41,751 nucleotides of DNA from Actinomycetota bacterium (GCA_009917815.1 RGER01000001.1:1-41751), one strand, 5' to 3'; shown: positions 9,022 through 18,172, numbered from the stretch's first letter. Program-made: numbers and translations. The notes: generated from the sequence alone by a model not told the origin.

Positions 9022-9870
9022 TTAGTTGGCGTTTACTAGTGCTGTCGCTATCTGATCGATCGCTTTACGCGCCTTATCGGTGCCACCGGGCTCAATCGGC
9101 ACCGCATCGGCCAGGATGGAAAATGCCACCGCCCTGCCTGCCGAGGTTTGAAAGATACCCGCGAGCGCATTGACCCCACTGAGCGTGCCAGTTTTAGCAA
9201 GCAGTGAACCTGGTTCGTTAGCGGCGCGCTTCTTCATCGTTCCGCTCTCACCCGAGACCGGTAACCCCGCAACTAATGCAGCCAGCCGTGGGTTATTCCA
9301 TGCCAGTGCCAAGAGAGAAGCAAGGGCGCGCGGTGAGGTCCTGTTCTTACGCGATAGACCCGCAGGATCCTCGATTACGGTTTCACTGAGATCTAATTCC
9401 GGTAATTCAAAAATCAACATCTCAGTGGCGGGTTTAGGAAGAAGTTTGGCAAGAACCTTCGCACCCTCGTTGTCGCTTTCGGCGAGCACGCGGCCTAATT
9501 CTGTACCGAGATCTACCGACTTACCTTCTTTTGTAGTGACTGGAATATGGGAATCGAAGGTGAGTAAGAGCGCTGCTCCAGTAAATAATTTTGCGGTTGA
9601 TGCAGGGATGAATGTACCGCCGGTGTCGTAGAGAAGTTGACCAGTTGCCACATCCACTACAGCTAAACCAACTGACTTTCCAAGTTGCGGATTGCTGAGT
9701 AAGGGATCAATTATTTTAGAGAGGGCGTTGGGCGAGATTGCAGGGGGCGGTGGTGGCTCAACACTTACTTTTACTTGCGGCCGGCTCTCGGTCGCGGAAT
9801 CAGTAGCCGAGCACGCAACTAACAGCAGTAGCGCAACTGCCGCGGCGGATATTCGCTTAAACGCGTCCAC
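9022..9870 (-). CDS. compact D-alanyl-D-alanine carboxypeptidase/endopeptidase-like lipoprotein (PBP4/S13-like or beta-lactamase-fold)
   Basis: Lipobox LLLVAC. Motifs STAK (S91), SDN (S132) and KTG (K226). The position matches the Rv3627c-like gene next to tilS. At 282 aa it lacks the inserted domains of classical PBP4. Confidence 0.8.
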   Translation of the reverse strand: MDAFKRISAAAVALLLLVACSATDSATESRPQVKVSVEPPPPPAISPNALSKIIDPLLSNPQLGKSVGLAVVDVATGQLLYDTGGTFIPASTAKLFTGAALLLTFDSHIPVTTKEGKSVDLGTELGRVLAESDNEGAKVLAKLLPKPATEMLIFELPELDLSETVIEDPAGLSRKNRTSPRALASLLALAWNNPRLAALVAGLPVSGESGTMKKRAANEPGSLLAKTGTLSGVNALAGIFQTSAGRAVAFSILADAVPIEPGGTDKARKAIDQIATALVNAN

Positions 9871-10858
9871 CAGAAGGCATCAACCCTTCCATGCCATAAA
9901 TAGAGGAGTATTTGAGCCCTGCTCGCGTATTGCGCGCTTCCCAGACCATATCGTTTCCTGCATAAATGGCGATGTGGTGAATAGCTTGCACTGTTCCGTT
10001 ATACGACCAGAAGACTAAGTCGCCAGGTTGTAAATCTGCCAACGGAACTCGCTTCGACGCCACAAAGAAGAGAGCAGCATTCAACCGAGACCATGAAGGC
10101 GACGTGAGACCGGCTTTTTTGTAGGCCGCGTAAACCAATCCAGAACAGTCATAGCTGTTGGGTCCTTGAGCGCCCCAAACATAGGGCTTCCCTGATTTAA
10201 CTTCTTTGATTGCAAAGTCGAGCGCAATTTGGCGTTGCTCAGCAGTCGTACGAATTGTTTGACGACCTGTAAAACCACGATCCGGCCAAATGCGGGCTTG
10301 TCCGGAAGTGCTTGCCGCCGTATTTGATGACTGTTCTTCCAGGATCGCAAGTTGACGTTGTTGTTCAAGAGTGACCCGCACATTGCGTGCACTGGCTAAT
10401 TGCTTGGCCAAAGCGTTCTGCATGGCCATCAACGAATCGACTTCCTTCTTTTGATTCGCCTTCACAACATCTGCCGCTACTTTGGCAACGCGAACCTTCT
10501 CGGTGGCCGCGGCTTGGGTGGCGCGAGCTGCATCCGCCTCGGCTTTCGCCTTAGTCGCCGCATCGCGTGCGCTCTCTAGCCGAGCAAGCGCCAAATTAGT
10601 GTTATTCTCGCGATCTAATATGGCCTTTGCAGCAGCAGCTTTTGCAGCCAAGATTTTCAATCGCGCGGCAGCGGCATCTAATTTTGCTTTGGCCACCGAA
10701 GCAGCCTTAGCCTTTGCCGCCTCTTTTGCTTTTGCCGCTGCGATCTCTTGAAGAGTGGGTTTTCGAGTCTTGGCTTCAGCCCCATCGGTGATCAGTACCG
10801 GGGCAAGGACCACCGAGAGCGCAAGGAATACGCGGAAAATCGGTAATTTCACAGACAC
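9857..10858 (-). CDS. NlpC/P60 peptidoglycan endopeptidase with Ala/Lys-rich coiled-coil N-terminal region (RipA-like)
   Basis: Signal peptide, a long AKA-rich coiled coil, the catalytic Cys context YDCSGLVYAAYKKAG and the His context IHHIAIYAG. It overlaps the start of the PBP gene by 14 nt. Confidence 0.85.
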   Translation of the reverse strand: MSVKLPIFRVFLALSVVLAPVLITDGAEAKTRKPTLQEIAAAKAKEAAKAKAASVAKAKLDAAAARLKILAAKAAAAKAILDRENNTNLALARLESARDAATKAKAEADAARATQAAATEKVRVAKVAADVVKANQKKEVDSLMAMQNALAKQLASARNVRVTLEQQRQLAILEEQSSNTAASTSGQARIWPDRGFTGRQTIRTTAEQRQIALDFAIKEVKSGKPYVWGAQGPNSYDCSGLVYAAYKKAGLTSPSWSRLNAALFFVASKRVPLADLQPGDLVFWSYNGTVQAIHHIAIYAGNDMVWEARNTRAGLKYSSIYGMEGLMPSGGRV

Positions 10859-10950
10859 CTAAACAACTCCTGAGGGGAAGAGAGATACCCCTTAAGGATA
10901 AAGGGGTACTCGCCTACACCCTTGGATTTACTCGCCAGGTTCCCTGTGAA

Positions 10951-11748
10951 TTAGGAGGAGACATCTCGCTTCTTGAAGAGGAAGGCTGCCAGGCCCCCTG
11001 CGGCTACCAAAATTAGGAGCGAGGTGGTTAACGCCCATTTATAAGTGATCGTGGTCGAACCACCGCTACCCACTGCCGTCAGTAGCAACCCTGGCAGGTA
11101 CTTCTGTGTGCTCTCCCAGACGGCACCGACAATGCCCTCAACGATCATGACCCAAGAGATGCCAATGGCGATTGAAGAAATAGGTGAACGAAGAATGAGG
11201 CCAAGGAGCATCCCGATAATTCCAAAACCAACGGTCGCAAGTGAGACGTTCGCCAATGTCGTGAAGAGATTTGAAATACCGTCGCCGCTAACTCCGCCAG
11301 CGGTCCAAGCATCAGTAGAGATATCTTTCGAATTCGCCCAGATGAAGCTAGTGACCACCGAAATAAGGGAAGTTTCCACGACAATTAAGAGTGCAAAGAT
11401 CGCCATTGAAAGCGCTTTACCACCGAGCAAAACCATGCGCCGAGGCTGACGCACCAAGAGATTTCGTAACGTTCCATGCGAATACTCTTGCGCAGTTTGA
11501 GATGCAAAAACCGAGAGGGCAACAATGCCGAGCAAGGTCGATGCAAAAGCCAGGCCAAGTGAGAGGCCGGTATAACTCTCAATCGAGACGCGAGTGAAAC
11601 CAGGTTCACGGCCTCGTCGAGGGGTATCCATTGCAATATAGGGAATGGATGCGGTGAGAACCGCGATTGCTCCCACTGCACCTAAAGTTCCAAAGAAAAG
11701 TGTAGGGCGACGGAGCTTGCGCCACTCGGCGCGAATTACGCGGATCAC
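10951..11748 (-). CDS. ABC-2 type transporter permease
   Basis: 265 aa with about 6 hydrophobic helices. Its start overlaps the stop of the upstream ABC ATPase gene by 4 nt. Confidence 0.75.
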   Translation of the reverse strand: MIRVIRAEWRKLRRPTLFFGTLGAVGAIAVLTASIPYIAMDTPRRGREPGFTRVSIESYTGLSLGLAFASTLLGIVALSVFASQTAQEYSHGTLRNLLVRQPRRMVLLGGKALSMAIFALLIVVETSLISVVTSFIWANSKDISTDAWTAGGVSGDGISNLFTTLANVSLATVGFGIIGMLLGLILRSPISSIAIGISWVMIVEGIVGAVWESTQKYLPGLLLTAVGSGGSTTITYKWALTTSLLILVAAGGLAAFLFKKRDVSS

Positions 11749-12656
11749 TTGGTATCTCCTGTCATTTCAAAGAAAGTCTCTTCAAGTGTGGGACGAACCG
11801 CCGTGAGCGAAGCAAGTGTGAGTCCGGCCGCAAAAGCAAGTGAATTGAACTCACTAGCCCAATCGTCATGTGCAATGACATGGACAGACCCGTCAAGAAT
11901 CACTCCTTGGTGTCCGGCTGATTTTGCAATCTCAATGAGCTTGGGAAGATCGCTCTCCTTAAGTGTGCGTGCAATAACTGTGGGCTGCTGAGCCGTAAGC
12001 AGAGACTCAGTCGTTCCGCTGAAAATCATTTTTCCTTCGCGAAGCATGACTAAGTGATCACTGATCTGTTCGAGTTCACTCAAGAGGTGGCTCGATACGA
12101 AAACAGTGATGCCCCCGTCGGCTAGTGAACGCAAAAGGGTACGGACTTCATGAATACCTGCTGGATCTAGACCGTTCGTCGGCTCATCGAGGATGAGAAG
12201 TTCTGGTTGCGGAAGAAGAGCCGCCGCGATACCAAGGCGCTGCTTCATTCCGAGTGAGTACTGCTTGTACTTGGACTTAGCGCGATCATTCAGACCCACC
12301 AATTCCAGCAACTCCCCCACACGTGCGTGCGGGAAACCGCCGAGGGTGGCCAACATCTTGAGATTCTCGGCACCAGAGAGCCCGGGATAGAAAGCAGGAC
12401 CCTCGATCATGGCGCCCACACGCTTGAGGTACTTCTCCGGATGAGTGATCTTTTCGCCGAGCACGGTGCCACTTCCATCAGTGGGGGTGATGAGCGAAAG
12501 GAGCATGCGAATAGTGGTGGTTTTGCCAGAGCCGTTGGGGCCTACGAAGCCGCAGACGCTTCCCATGGGCACATCAAAAGTGGCGTGATCGAGCGCAAGA
12601 CGTTCGCCGTAACGCTTGGTCAGTCCAGTGACTGATATTGCAGTAGAAGATGACAT
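11745..12656 (-). CDS. ABC transporter ATP-binding protein
   Basis: Walker A GPNGSGKT, signature YSLGMKQR, Walker B LLILDEPT. The ATG at 12656 (MSSSTAISV) has an AAGG RBS. The GTG at 12704 in the ORF track has none. Confidence 0.9.
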   Translation of the reverse strand: MSSSTAISVTGLTKRYGERLALDHATFDVPMGSVCGFVGPNGSGKTTTIRMLLSLITPTDGSGTVLGEKITHPEKYLKRVGAMIEGPAFYPGLSGAENLKMLATLGGFPHARVGELLELVGLNDRAKSKYKQYSLGMKQRLGIAAALLPQPELLILDEPTNGLDPAGIHEVRTLLRSLADGGITVFVSSHLLSELEQISDHLVMLREGKMIFSGTTESLLTAQQPTVIARTLKESDLPKLIEIAKSAGHQGVILDGSVHVIAHDDWASEFNSLAFAAGLTLASLTAVRPTLEETFFEMTGDTK

Positions 12657-12751
12657 GAGGACACCTTGCCATGAAAAGGTGCGTGACTCATCAGAGTTAC
12701 CCACAGGGCAAGCGAGAGTTTGCTGTGAATGCCTTGACGGCCAAAAAGTCT

Positions 12752-14602
12752 TTACAGACCAAGTAGACGCGCTTGATGATCAAAGTCGGGAACCTGGGCA
12801 CGCACTTCATCGAAAGTACCCATCGCAAGGGCGCGGCCTTGGTCGAGGTACACCACTAGGTCTGCCGTTCGCACTGTGGCTAAGCGGTGAGCAATCATCA
12901 CTACCGTAGTACTTCCGCGAAGCGCCTGAATCGCAGCGGCCACATTTGCTTCCGTCTCCGCGTCGAGTGCACTAGTTGCTTCATCGAGTACGAGAAGTTT
13001 TGGTTTCGTAAAAAGCGCACGTGCGATGCCAAGGCGCTGGCGTTGTCCACCGCTCACTCGAGCGCCACGCTCGCCCACTTCAGTATCGATTCCTTTTTCT
13101 AACTCGCGTACGAAATCATCGAGATGAGCAACGCGCAGTGTCTCCCAAATAGATTCATCTGTCGCGAAAGCACGTGGGAAACCAAGAGCGATGTTCTCTC
13201 GAAAAGTTCCGCTGGCTATCGCGACATCCTGCGGTACATATGCGACCGCCCCTGGCCACGTAGTAATTGCCTCCATAGGAGGTAAGCCGGAGATCTTCAC
13301 GCTGCCCTGTGCTGGCGGCAGGATTCCTAACAAAATGTCGACGATGGTGGTCTTTCCTGCGCCTGACGGTCCAACGAAAGCCACGAATGCACCGTTTGCT
13401 ATCTCGAGTGAGACATCACGTACCGCGGGTTCTTCTTTACCGGGATAGGTAAAAGTGGCGTCAGACAAAGTGATAGTGGCGTTAAACCCATGGTGTGAAG
13501 TCTCGAGCGAATCTTCCTTCGCTAACTTCGGAGCTTCAATATGCTGCAAGCTTTCTGCGAGATCAAGAGTGACTTTCGAAGCACCGGCGCTGGAACGTAT
13601 TGCCAACATTCCCTGTTGTACACGCAATATCGCCGGAGCAATACGCGTGCCGGCGGCCATGAAGATTGCGAGTGTTCCCACTGCATGTCCAGCATCTTGC
13701 AAAAGAAATTGCGCAGCAGAAAGTAGTAGTGCACCAAGGACGACCGATGTTTCGAGCACGTACTTAGAAACGTTTGGCATAAAGGATATTTCGGCTTGGG
13801 CATGAGCTAACTTGTATCGAAGCTCGCCAATTTCTTTTGCGTAATAAGCGCGTCGATTACGGACAAGTGATTCTCGATATGAACTCAAAACCTCAACGAT
13901 CTTTTCATTGCTCATGATGCTCAACTCGGATTGCTCCATACCAAGACGTTGTGCTTTTCCACTGAGCAAACGCTGCAAGAGGAAACCAATGAGAGCAAAG
14001 AAAATAAAACTCGACAGTGCAACGGTGGGATCAACTACTACGAGACCTATGGCCATCACCGCAAGGAGTGATGCATCAGAAGCCATGGTTACTACCGTGC
14101 CTAACAAGCCGAGCGTGACGCTGCTGACTCCAGAGGTGAGTGCATAGAGCGTCTCTTGTGAAGTTCGCTCCTGCACCGCAAGCAATGATTGCGAGAGCAC
14201 GCGTGAAGTGAGATCGGCCGAGATGGCCGCGCCACGACGACCTAAGAAGAAGAGCGCCTTACGTGTGAAGAAGACGGAGAGCACCGTTCGCCCCACCAGG
14301 ATGATGCCTGCGCCCAATCCGAGTAGTGCAGTCTGGGTTTGGAAGTCAAAGTTTGAAAGTCCTACAAAGTTCAGTACAGAACTCACTCGATTGCCAGGAA
14401 CGCGAGATTGCACTCCCGAAACTGCGAGCGCGCCGACGATACCGATGAGAGCTACACCTAAGAGGTCTAGTGCTCCTAGGAAAATCTGGATCACAATAAC
14501 AATGAAGACTTTGCGACGATCGCTCTTGGAAAGTAAACGAGCTGCGCGACCAATAATGGTATTGCGATACTTCGCGTTAAAGGCTCGTTTCACCATATTC
14601 AC
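12752..14602 (-). CDS. fused permease/ATPase ABC exporter (MsbA-like, type I exporter)
   Basis: N-terminal six-helix TMD. The C-terminal NBD has GPSGAGKT, VSGGQRQRLGIARA and LLVLDEATSALD. Confidence 0.9.
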   Translation of the reverse strand: MNMVKRAFNAKYRNTIIGRAARLLSKSDRRKVFIVIVIQIFLGALDLLGVALIGIVGALAVSGVQSRVPGNRVSSVLNFVGLSNFDFQTQTALLGLGAGIILVGRTVLSVFFTRKALFFLGRRGAAISADLTSRVLSQSLLAVQERTSQETLYALTSGVSSVTLGLLGTVVTMASDASLLAVMAIGLVVVDPTVALSSFIFFALIGFLLQRLLSGKAQRLGMEQSELSIMSNEKIVEVLSSYRESLVRNRRAYYAKEIGELRYKLAHAQAEISFMPNVSKYVLETSVVLGALLLSAAQFLLQDAGHAVGTLAIFMAAGTRIAPAILRVQQGMLAIRSSAGASKVTLDLAESLQHIEAPKLAKEDSLETSHHGFNATITLSDATFTYPGKEEPAVRDVSLEIANGAFVAFVGPSGAGKTTIVDILLGILPPAQGSVKISGLPPMEAITTWPGAVAYVPQDVAIASGTFRENIALGFPRAFATDESIWETLRVAHLDDFVRELEKGIDTEVGERGARVSGGQRQRLGIARALFTKPKLLVLDEATSALDAETEANVAAAIQALRGSTTVVMIAHRLATVRTADLVVYLDQGRALAMGTFDEVRAQVPDFDHQARLLGL

Positions 14603-14635
14603 CTGCTCAGCCTAAGACCAGAACGTGAAAGACCA

Positions 14636-15076
14636 CTATTGAGTGACGGTTATCGTGAAGGTGATTTTCTGCTTTCCGTCCGATGCCGTGACTTTTACAA
14701 CTCCTGGCTTGAGCGGTTTCGCAGAAGGATTGGTGGTGTACGTGCCTTGATCCCCACCCGGGGTGAACTCCAAAATATCCCCAGGTTCACCAGCGAAGCT
14801 CCATGCCCCAGGGTTTGTGAGGTTAAAGACCAGGGTATTTGTCATCGGGAGTGAGGCGGAGGTATTGACCTCATCAACCATTATCGGCGGTAGCGCTTGA
14901 GATGACCCAGCCGGATCTGCCTGAGGAGTATTCGGCGTAAGTGGTGCGCTCGGTACCCCATCATCATCGCCACCGCCACTCTCCTCGCCACCCTCGACGC
15001 CTTCGCCACACGCTGCCAAGGTCAACGAAGTCAGCAGCGCGGCTAGTACGAGTAGCGACTTTCGCGATCGACTCAT
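14636..15076 (-). CDS. lipoprotein of unknown function
   Basis: Lipobox LTLAAC after a basic n-region, then a Gly/Asp/Glu-rich linker and a beta-rich C-terminal domain. Confidence 0.7.
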   Translation of the reverse strand: MSRSRKSLLVLAALLTSLTLAACGEGVEGGEESGGGDDDGVPSAPLTPNTPQADPAGSSQALPPIMVDEVNTSASLPMTNTLVFNLTNPGAWSFAGEPGDILEFTPGGDQGTYTTNPSAKPLKPGVVKVTASDGKQKITFTITVTQ

Positions 15077-15124
15077 TGCTCTCCTTCAACTTGATGGAAC
15101 CTGACTTCTTGCTAGGGTCGCTAT

Positions 15125-15421
15125 ATGGCTGAGTACCAAATTACCCGATGGCGCGAGATCCCATCGATGGTTGTCGCCCGAAGCGGCGAAGAAGTTTCTA
15201 AGATTTCTCTACCAAACAGATTCCAAGAGGCGATCGATGAAGCTGCCATGCGCCTTGGTGAGATCGATGCGGACGCTTACATGAATGGCTGGAGCCGCGA
15301 CCCTTGGATTGAAAGGGCTGGCGCTCCAGCAGAAGTAGCGGAAGCAATTGCCATCGAATTAGAAAGCGAATTTAGCGAAGAGAACATCACAACTATCCTC
15401 GATCAAATAGGAGCTAAATAA
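15125..15421 (+). CDS. small WREIP-motif protein (possible Pfam 'Virulence_fact'-type domain)
   Basis: 98 aa with ITRWREIPSMV near the N-terminus. Its TAA overlaps the ATG of the downstream homocysteine methyltransferase (TAATG). Confidence 0.6.
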   Translation: MAEYQITRWREIPSMVVARSGEEVSKISLPNRFQEAIDEAAMRLGEIDADAYMNGWSRDPWIERAGAPAEVAEAIAIELESEFSEENITTILDQIGAK

Positions 15422-16299
15422 TGTCCGCTCTATACGAAGCCCTTGCGCACGGAACTCTGGTGTCAGATGGCGCGATGGGAACGATGCTCCAAGAGAGTGG
15501 ACTCGACGACGGAGGTGCGCCCGAACTCTGGAATGTCGAACATCCTGATCGTATCGAGGCAGTGCTCGAGGCTTATGCGTCAGCGGGCGCAAACCTGATC
15601 ACCACCAACACATTTGGTGGCACCGCAGGTCGTTTAGCCATGCACAATTTGGAAGATCGGCTCTATGAATTGAATAAAGCGGGCGCCGAGGTTGCTCGCA
15701 AAGTAGCTGATCGTCATCCGGGTTGTTATGTGATGGGTGACGTGGGGCCATCAGGAGAACTGATGGAACCGATGGGAACGCTCACTCTCGAGAGTGCAAA
15801 AGAGATTTTTGCCGCACAAATCAAAGCGCTGGCCGATGGTGGCGTTGATGCAATTCTCATTGAAACGATGAGTGACCTAGCCGAGGTAGAGGCTGCGGTT
15901 AACGCTGCTAAGGAAGTAGCTCCCCACCTACCGATCATTGCCACTATGAGTTTTGATACGAATTTGCGAACCATGATGGGCGTCAAACCAACTCTGGCAG
16001 TTACTTATCTCGCCTCGCTCGGGGTAAAGATCATCGGCGCAAATTGTGGTCGCGGTATTGATGAAATGCGTCTTATCGCTAAAGAATTGATCGACGCCCG
16101 CCCAGAGGGTGTCTTCATCATTACCCAATCCAACTCTGGCCTTCCCAAGTTGGTGGGTGACACTTTCATCTATGAGGGCACACCCGATGAAATGGCCAAG
16201 TACGCCATTGAGATGAAGGGTATCGGCGTCAACGTCGTAGGTTCCTGTTGCGGTTCTACTCCATCCCATACCGCCGCAATCGCTGCTGCTGTCAAGTAA
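15421..16299 (+). CDS. homocysteine S-methyltransferase family protein (stand-alone Hcy-binding domain)
   Basis: The N-terminus LVSDGAMGTML, plus the zinc-ligand cysteines in GANCG and GSCCGSTPSH, are typical of Pfam S-methyl_trans (MetH N-domain, MmuM, BHMT). Confidence 0.85.
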   Translation: MSALYEALAHGTLVSDGAMGTMLQESGLDDGGAPELWNVEHPDRIEAVLEAYASAGANLITTNTFGGTAGRLAMHNLEDRLYELNKAGAEVARKVADRHPGCYVMGDVGPSGELMEPMGTLTLESAKEIFAAQIKALADGGVDAILIETMSDLAEVEAAVNAAKEVAPHLPIIATMSFDTNLRTMMGVKPTLAVTYLASLGVKIIGANCGRGIDEMRLIAKELIDARPEGVFIITQSNSGLPKLVGDTFIYEGTPDEMAKYAIEMKGIGVNVVGSCCGSTPSHTAAIAAAVK

Positions 16300-16302
16300 A
16301 TA

Positions 16303-16952
16303 TGGACTCCCGCAACAATGATGCAATAGGTCCTGGCGAATTCTTTCCGGTAGTTGGCGTAGGCCCACATCCAGAACCCTGGCCCACAGGTGTTCAATAC
16401 GATCCCGAATTATTGGCAAACGGTGATCGACGCAATGTCCTTGATAAATATAGGTATTGGACCGTTTCGGCCATCGTCGCGGATTTAGATACCCGCCGCC
16501 ATGACTTACACATCGCGATCGAGAATTGGCAGCATGACTTAAATATTGGCTCTATCGTAAGAACGGCGAATGCTTTTAACGTTGCGGGGATTCACATTGT
16601 CGGTAAGCGCGATTGGAATCGACGCGGGGCTATGGTGACCGATAAATACCTCACCGTTCACCATCACCCAACAGTGGCCGAATTTAAGTTGTGGTGCGAT
16701 GAGCACGCGATTCCCATCATCGGCATCGACAATGTTCCAGGATCAAGTTCACTCGAAGTTGCTGAACTTCCAAAATCTTGTGTGATGTTCTTTGGACAAG
16801 AAGGTAGTGGAATGTCGGATGAAGGTATTGCGGCTTGCGAAAAGATCTATGAGATTTCACAATTTGGTTCTACACGTTCCATGAATGCCTCGGCCGCAGG
16901 AGCGATTGCGATGTACGCCTGGGGAATGCAACACATTCCACATAATTCTTAA
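16303..16952 (+). CDS. SpoU/TrmH-family RNA 2'-O-methyltransferase
   Basis: SpoU-type motifs (NIGSIVRTANAF, FFGQEGSGMS, STRSMNASAAGAIAMY). The ATG at 16303 lies just after the stop of the upstream gene. The ORF-track start at 16248 would overlap that gene. Confidence 0.8.
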
Positions 16953-16955
16953 ATT

Positions 16956-17225
16956 CTACTCTTCTTCTGAGTCTTCCAATTCATCAAAGTTCGTTGGATG
17001 CGTTAATTTCCAATACATGTAGCCGATAAAGATCGCAAAAAATGGCCATTCAAAGACATAAACCCAGCTTCGTCGGTTACCAGAGAATGCGCGGCCAAGT
17101 TCAACAATTGCGAGAACGATACAAAGAGGTATGCCGAGTAAGAGCCACTTACGTTTGGGATCATTTACTAAACTCGCTCGAGGAGCACGTTCGGGTTCAT
17201 CTGAAATCCATAACTCGTCAGCCAT
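16956..17225 (-). CDS. small two-helix membrane protein coupled to ctaG
   Basis: 89 aa with two hydrophobic helices. Its ATG overlaps the ctaG stop (TAATG). The acidic C-terminus DSEEE resembles the CtaG tail. Confidence 0.6.
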   Translation of the reverse strand: MADELWISDEPERAPRASLVNDPKRKWLLLGIPLCIVLAIVELGRAFSGNRRSWVYVFEWPFFAIFIGYMYWKLTHPTNFDELEDSEEE

Positions 17226-18022
17226 TACTCCTCCTCTTCAGAATCGCGTTCGTGTACAAACCAATCTCTTGCGGTTAGCGCTAGCCAACCGGCATCGATG
17301 AGCATTCCCATGCTCCACATTAATGATCCACCAATGCGCTGATCGTTGAGCGCGCTCGCGCTATGCGCCATGTTCATTCCTGCCATCGCCGGTACATCGT
17401 GCAAAAGTCGACTACTGGAATATAGGAAGAAGCCAGTCATTGTCTCAGGTACCATCATGCCGAAGAGCGAGGCAAGCCGGATCGGATGTGGAACGTAGAA
17501 CGGCATCGGGTTACCGCTCATGAGTGGGTAGTAGTAGATCAAGCCAGCTACCAGAAAAATTATTAATTCGAGGGAGTGAACATTTCCGTTCTTCATGCCT
17601 GCGTTTGCAAGAGGTGAGAAATGGGTAGCAAAGAGCGCGATTAAGAAAATACCGAAACCAATTTGTGGCTTCAGAATCGTGCGCACAATCCAGGAGCGAT
17701 AGCCCACTCGTAAGAAAGTGCCAAAGCCGGAAGCGCGTTCGCTAGTGGCCGCTACCGCCATGGGTGCACCCAAGATGATCATCGGAGAGATCAGCATCAT
17801 TAAGGAGATGTGCTGCACCATGTGCACCCAGAAAATACGGATCGCGTAATGCGGTACTGGGCCTACCAAGACAATGAAGGCAAATGAGAGGCCGGCGTAG
17901 AAGAGCGCCTGGCGCCAGCGCGGGATTTCCGAGGTGACCGCGCGGTGGTACCAAAAACCACTCGCGAGAAGGGGGAGTCCAAAGGCGAGATCCCATCCGA
18001 TATTGAGCGACATATCGGACAA
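17225..18022 (-). CDS. ctaG: cytochrome c oxidase assembly factor CtaG (Caa3_CtaG family membrane protein)
   Basis: Polytopic membrane protein with WVHMVQHISLMMLISPMIILGAP, the family hallmark. It is divergent from the cta operon. Confidence 0.8.
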   Translation of the reverse strand: MSDMSLNIGWDLAFGLPLLASGFWYHRAVTSEIPRWRQALFYAGLSFAFIVLVGPVPHYAIRIFWVHMVQHISLMMLISPMIILGAPMAVAATSERASGFGTFLRVGYRSWIVRTILKPQIGFGIFLIALFATHFSPLANAGMKNGNVHSLELIIFLVAGLIYYYPLMSGNPMPFYVPHPIRLASLFGMMVPETMTGFFLYSSSRLLHDVPAMAGMNMAHSASALNDQRIGGSLMWSMGMLIDAGWLALTARDWFVHERDSEEEE

Positions 18023-18172
18023 ATACCCCCATCTACCACTTATTTATTCGTTTACCTCGAAAAGATGCCGCTAGGCGTTCTCATAGGTACCTCTCAGCCT
18101 TACCCTAGTGATGTTCGTCTCAAGAATTGAATACGAACGAGGCGGGCTCGAATTTTTCGGGAAGGTGAAATC

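Noticed and set aside
10482-10751. 89-aa Ala-rich plus-strand ORF, and other 60-160-aa ORFs antisense to folP, ftsH, narG, the ABC exporter and others
   Set aside because: These are mirror images of low-complexity or GC-rich coding regions on the opposite strand. None has independent start signals or recognisable motifs.
10859-10950. ydaO-type cyclic-di-AMP riboswitch upstream of the NlpC/P60 hydrolase, as is common in actinobacteria
   Set aside because: The intergenic region is only about 92 nt. I could not find the pseudo-two-fold architecture or the conserved ACGGGGA/CCCGA-type elements. It is better explained as a terminator hairpin plus an RBS.
12657-12704. Longer N-terminus (GTG 12704) for the ABC ATPase. 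Similar upstream extensions are 16248 for the TrmH gene, 19686 for ctaD and 26455 for the DapB-like gene.
   Set aside because: In each case the extension lacks an RBS, adds non-homologous residues, or overlaps the upstream gene. The internal ATG has a good SD sequence or a stop/start overlap, and the protein then begins at the conserved N-terminus.
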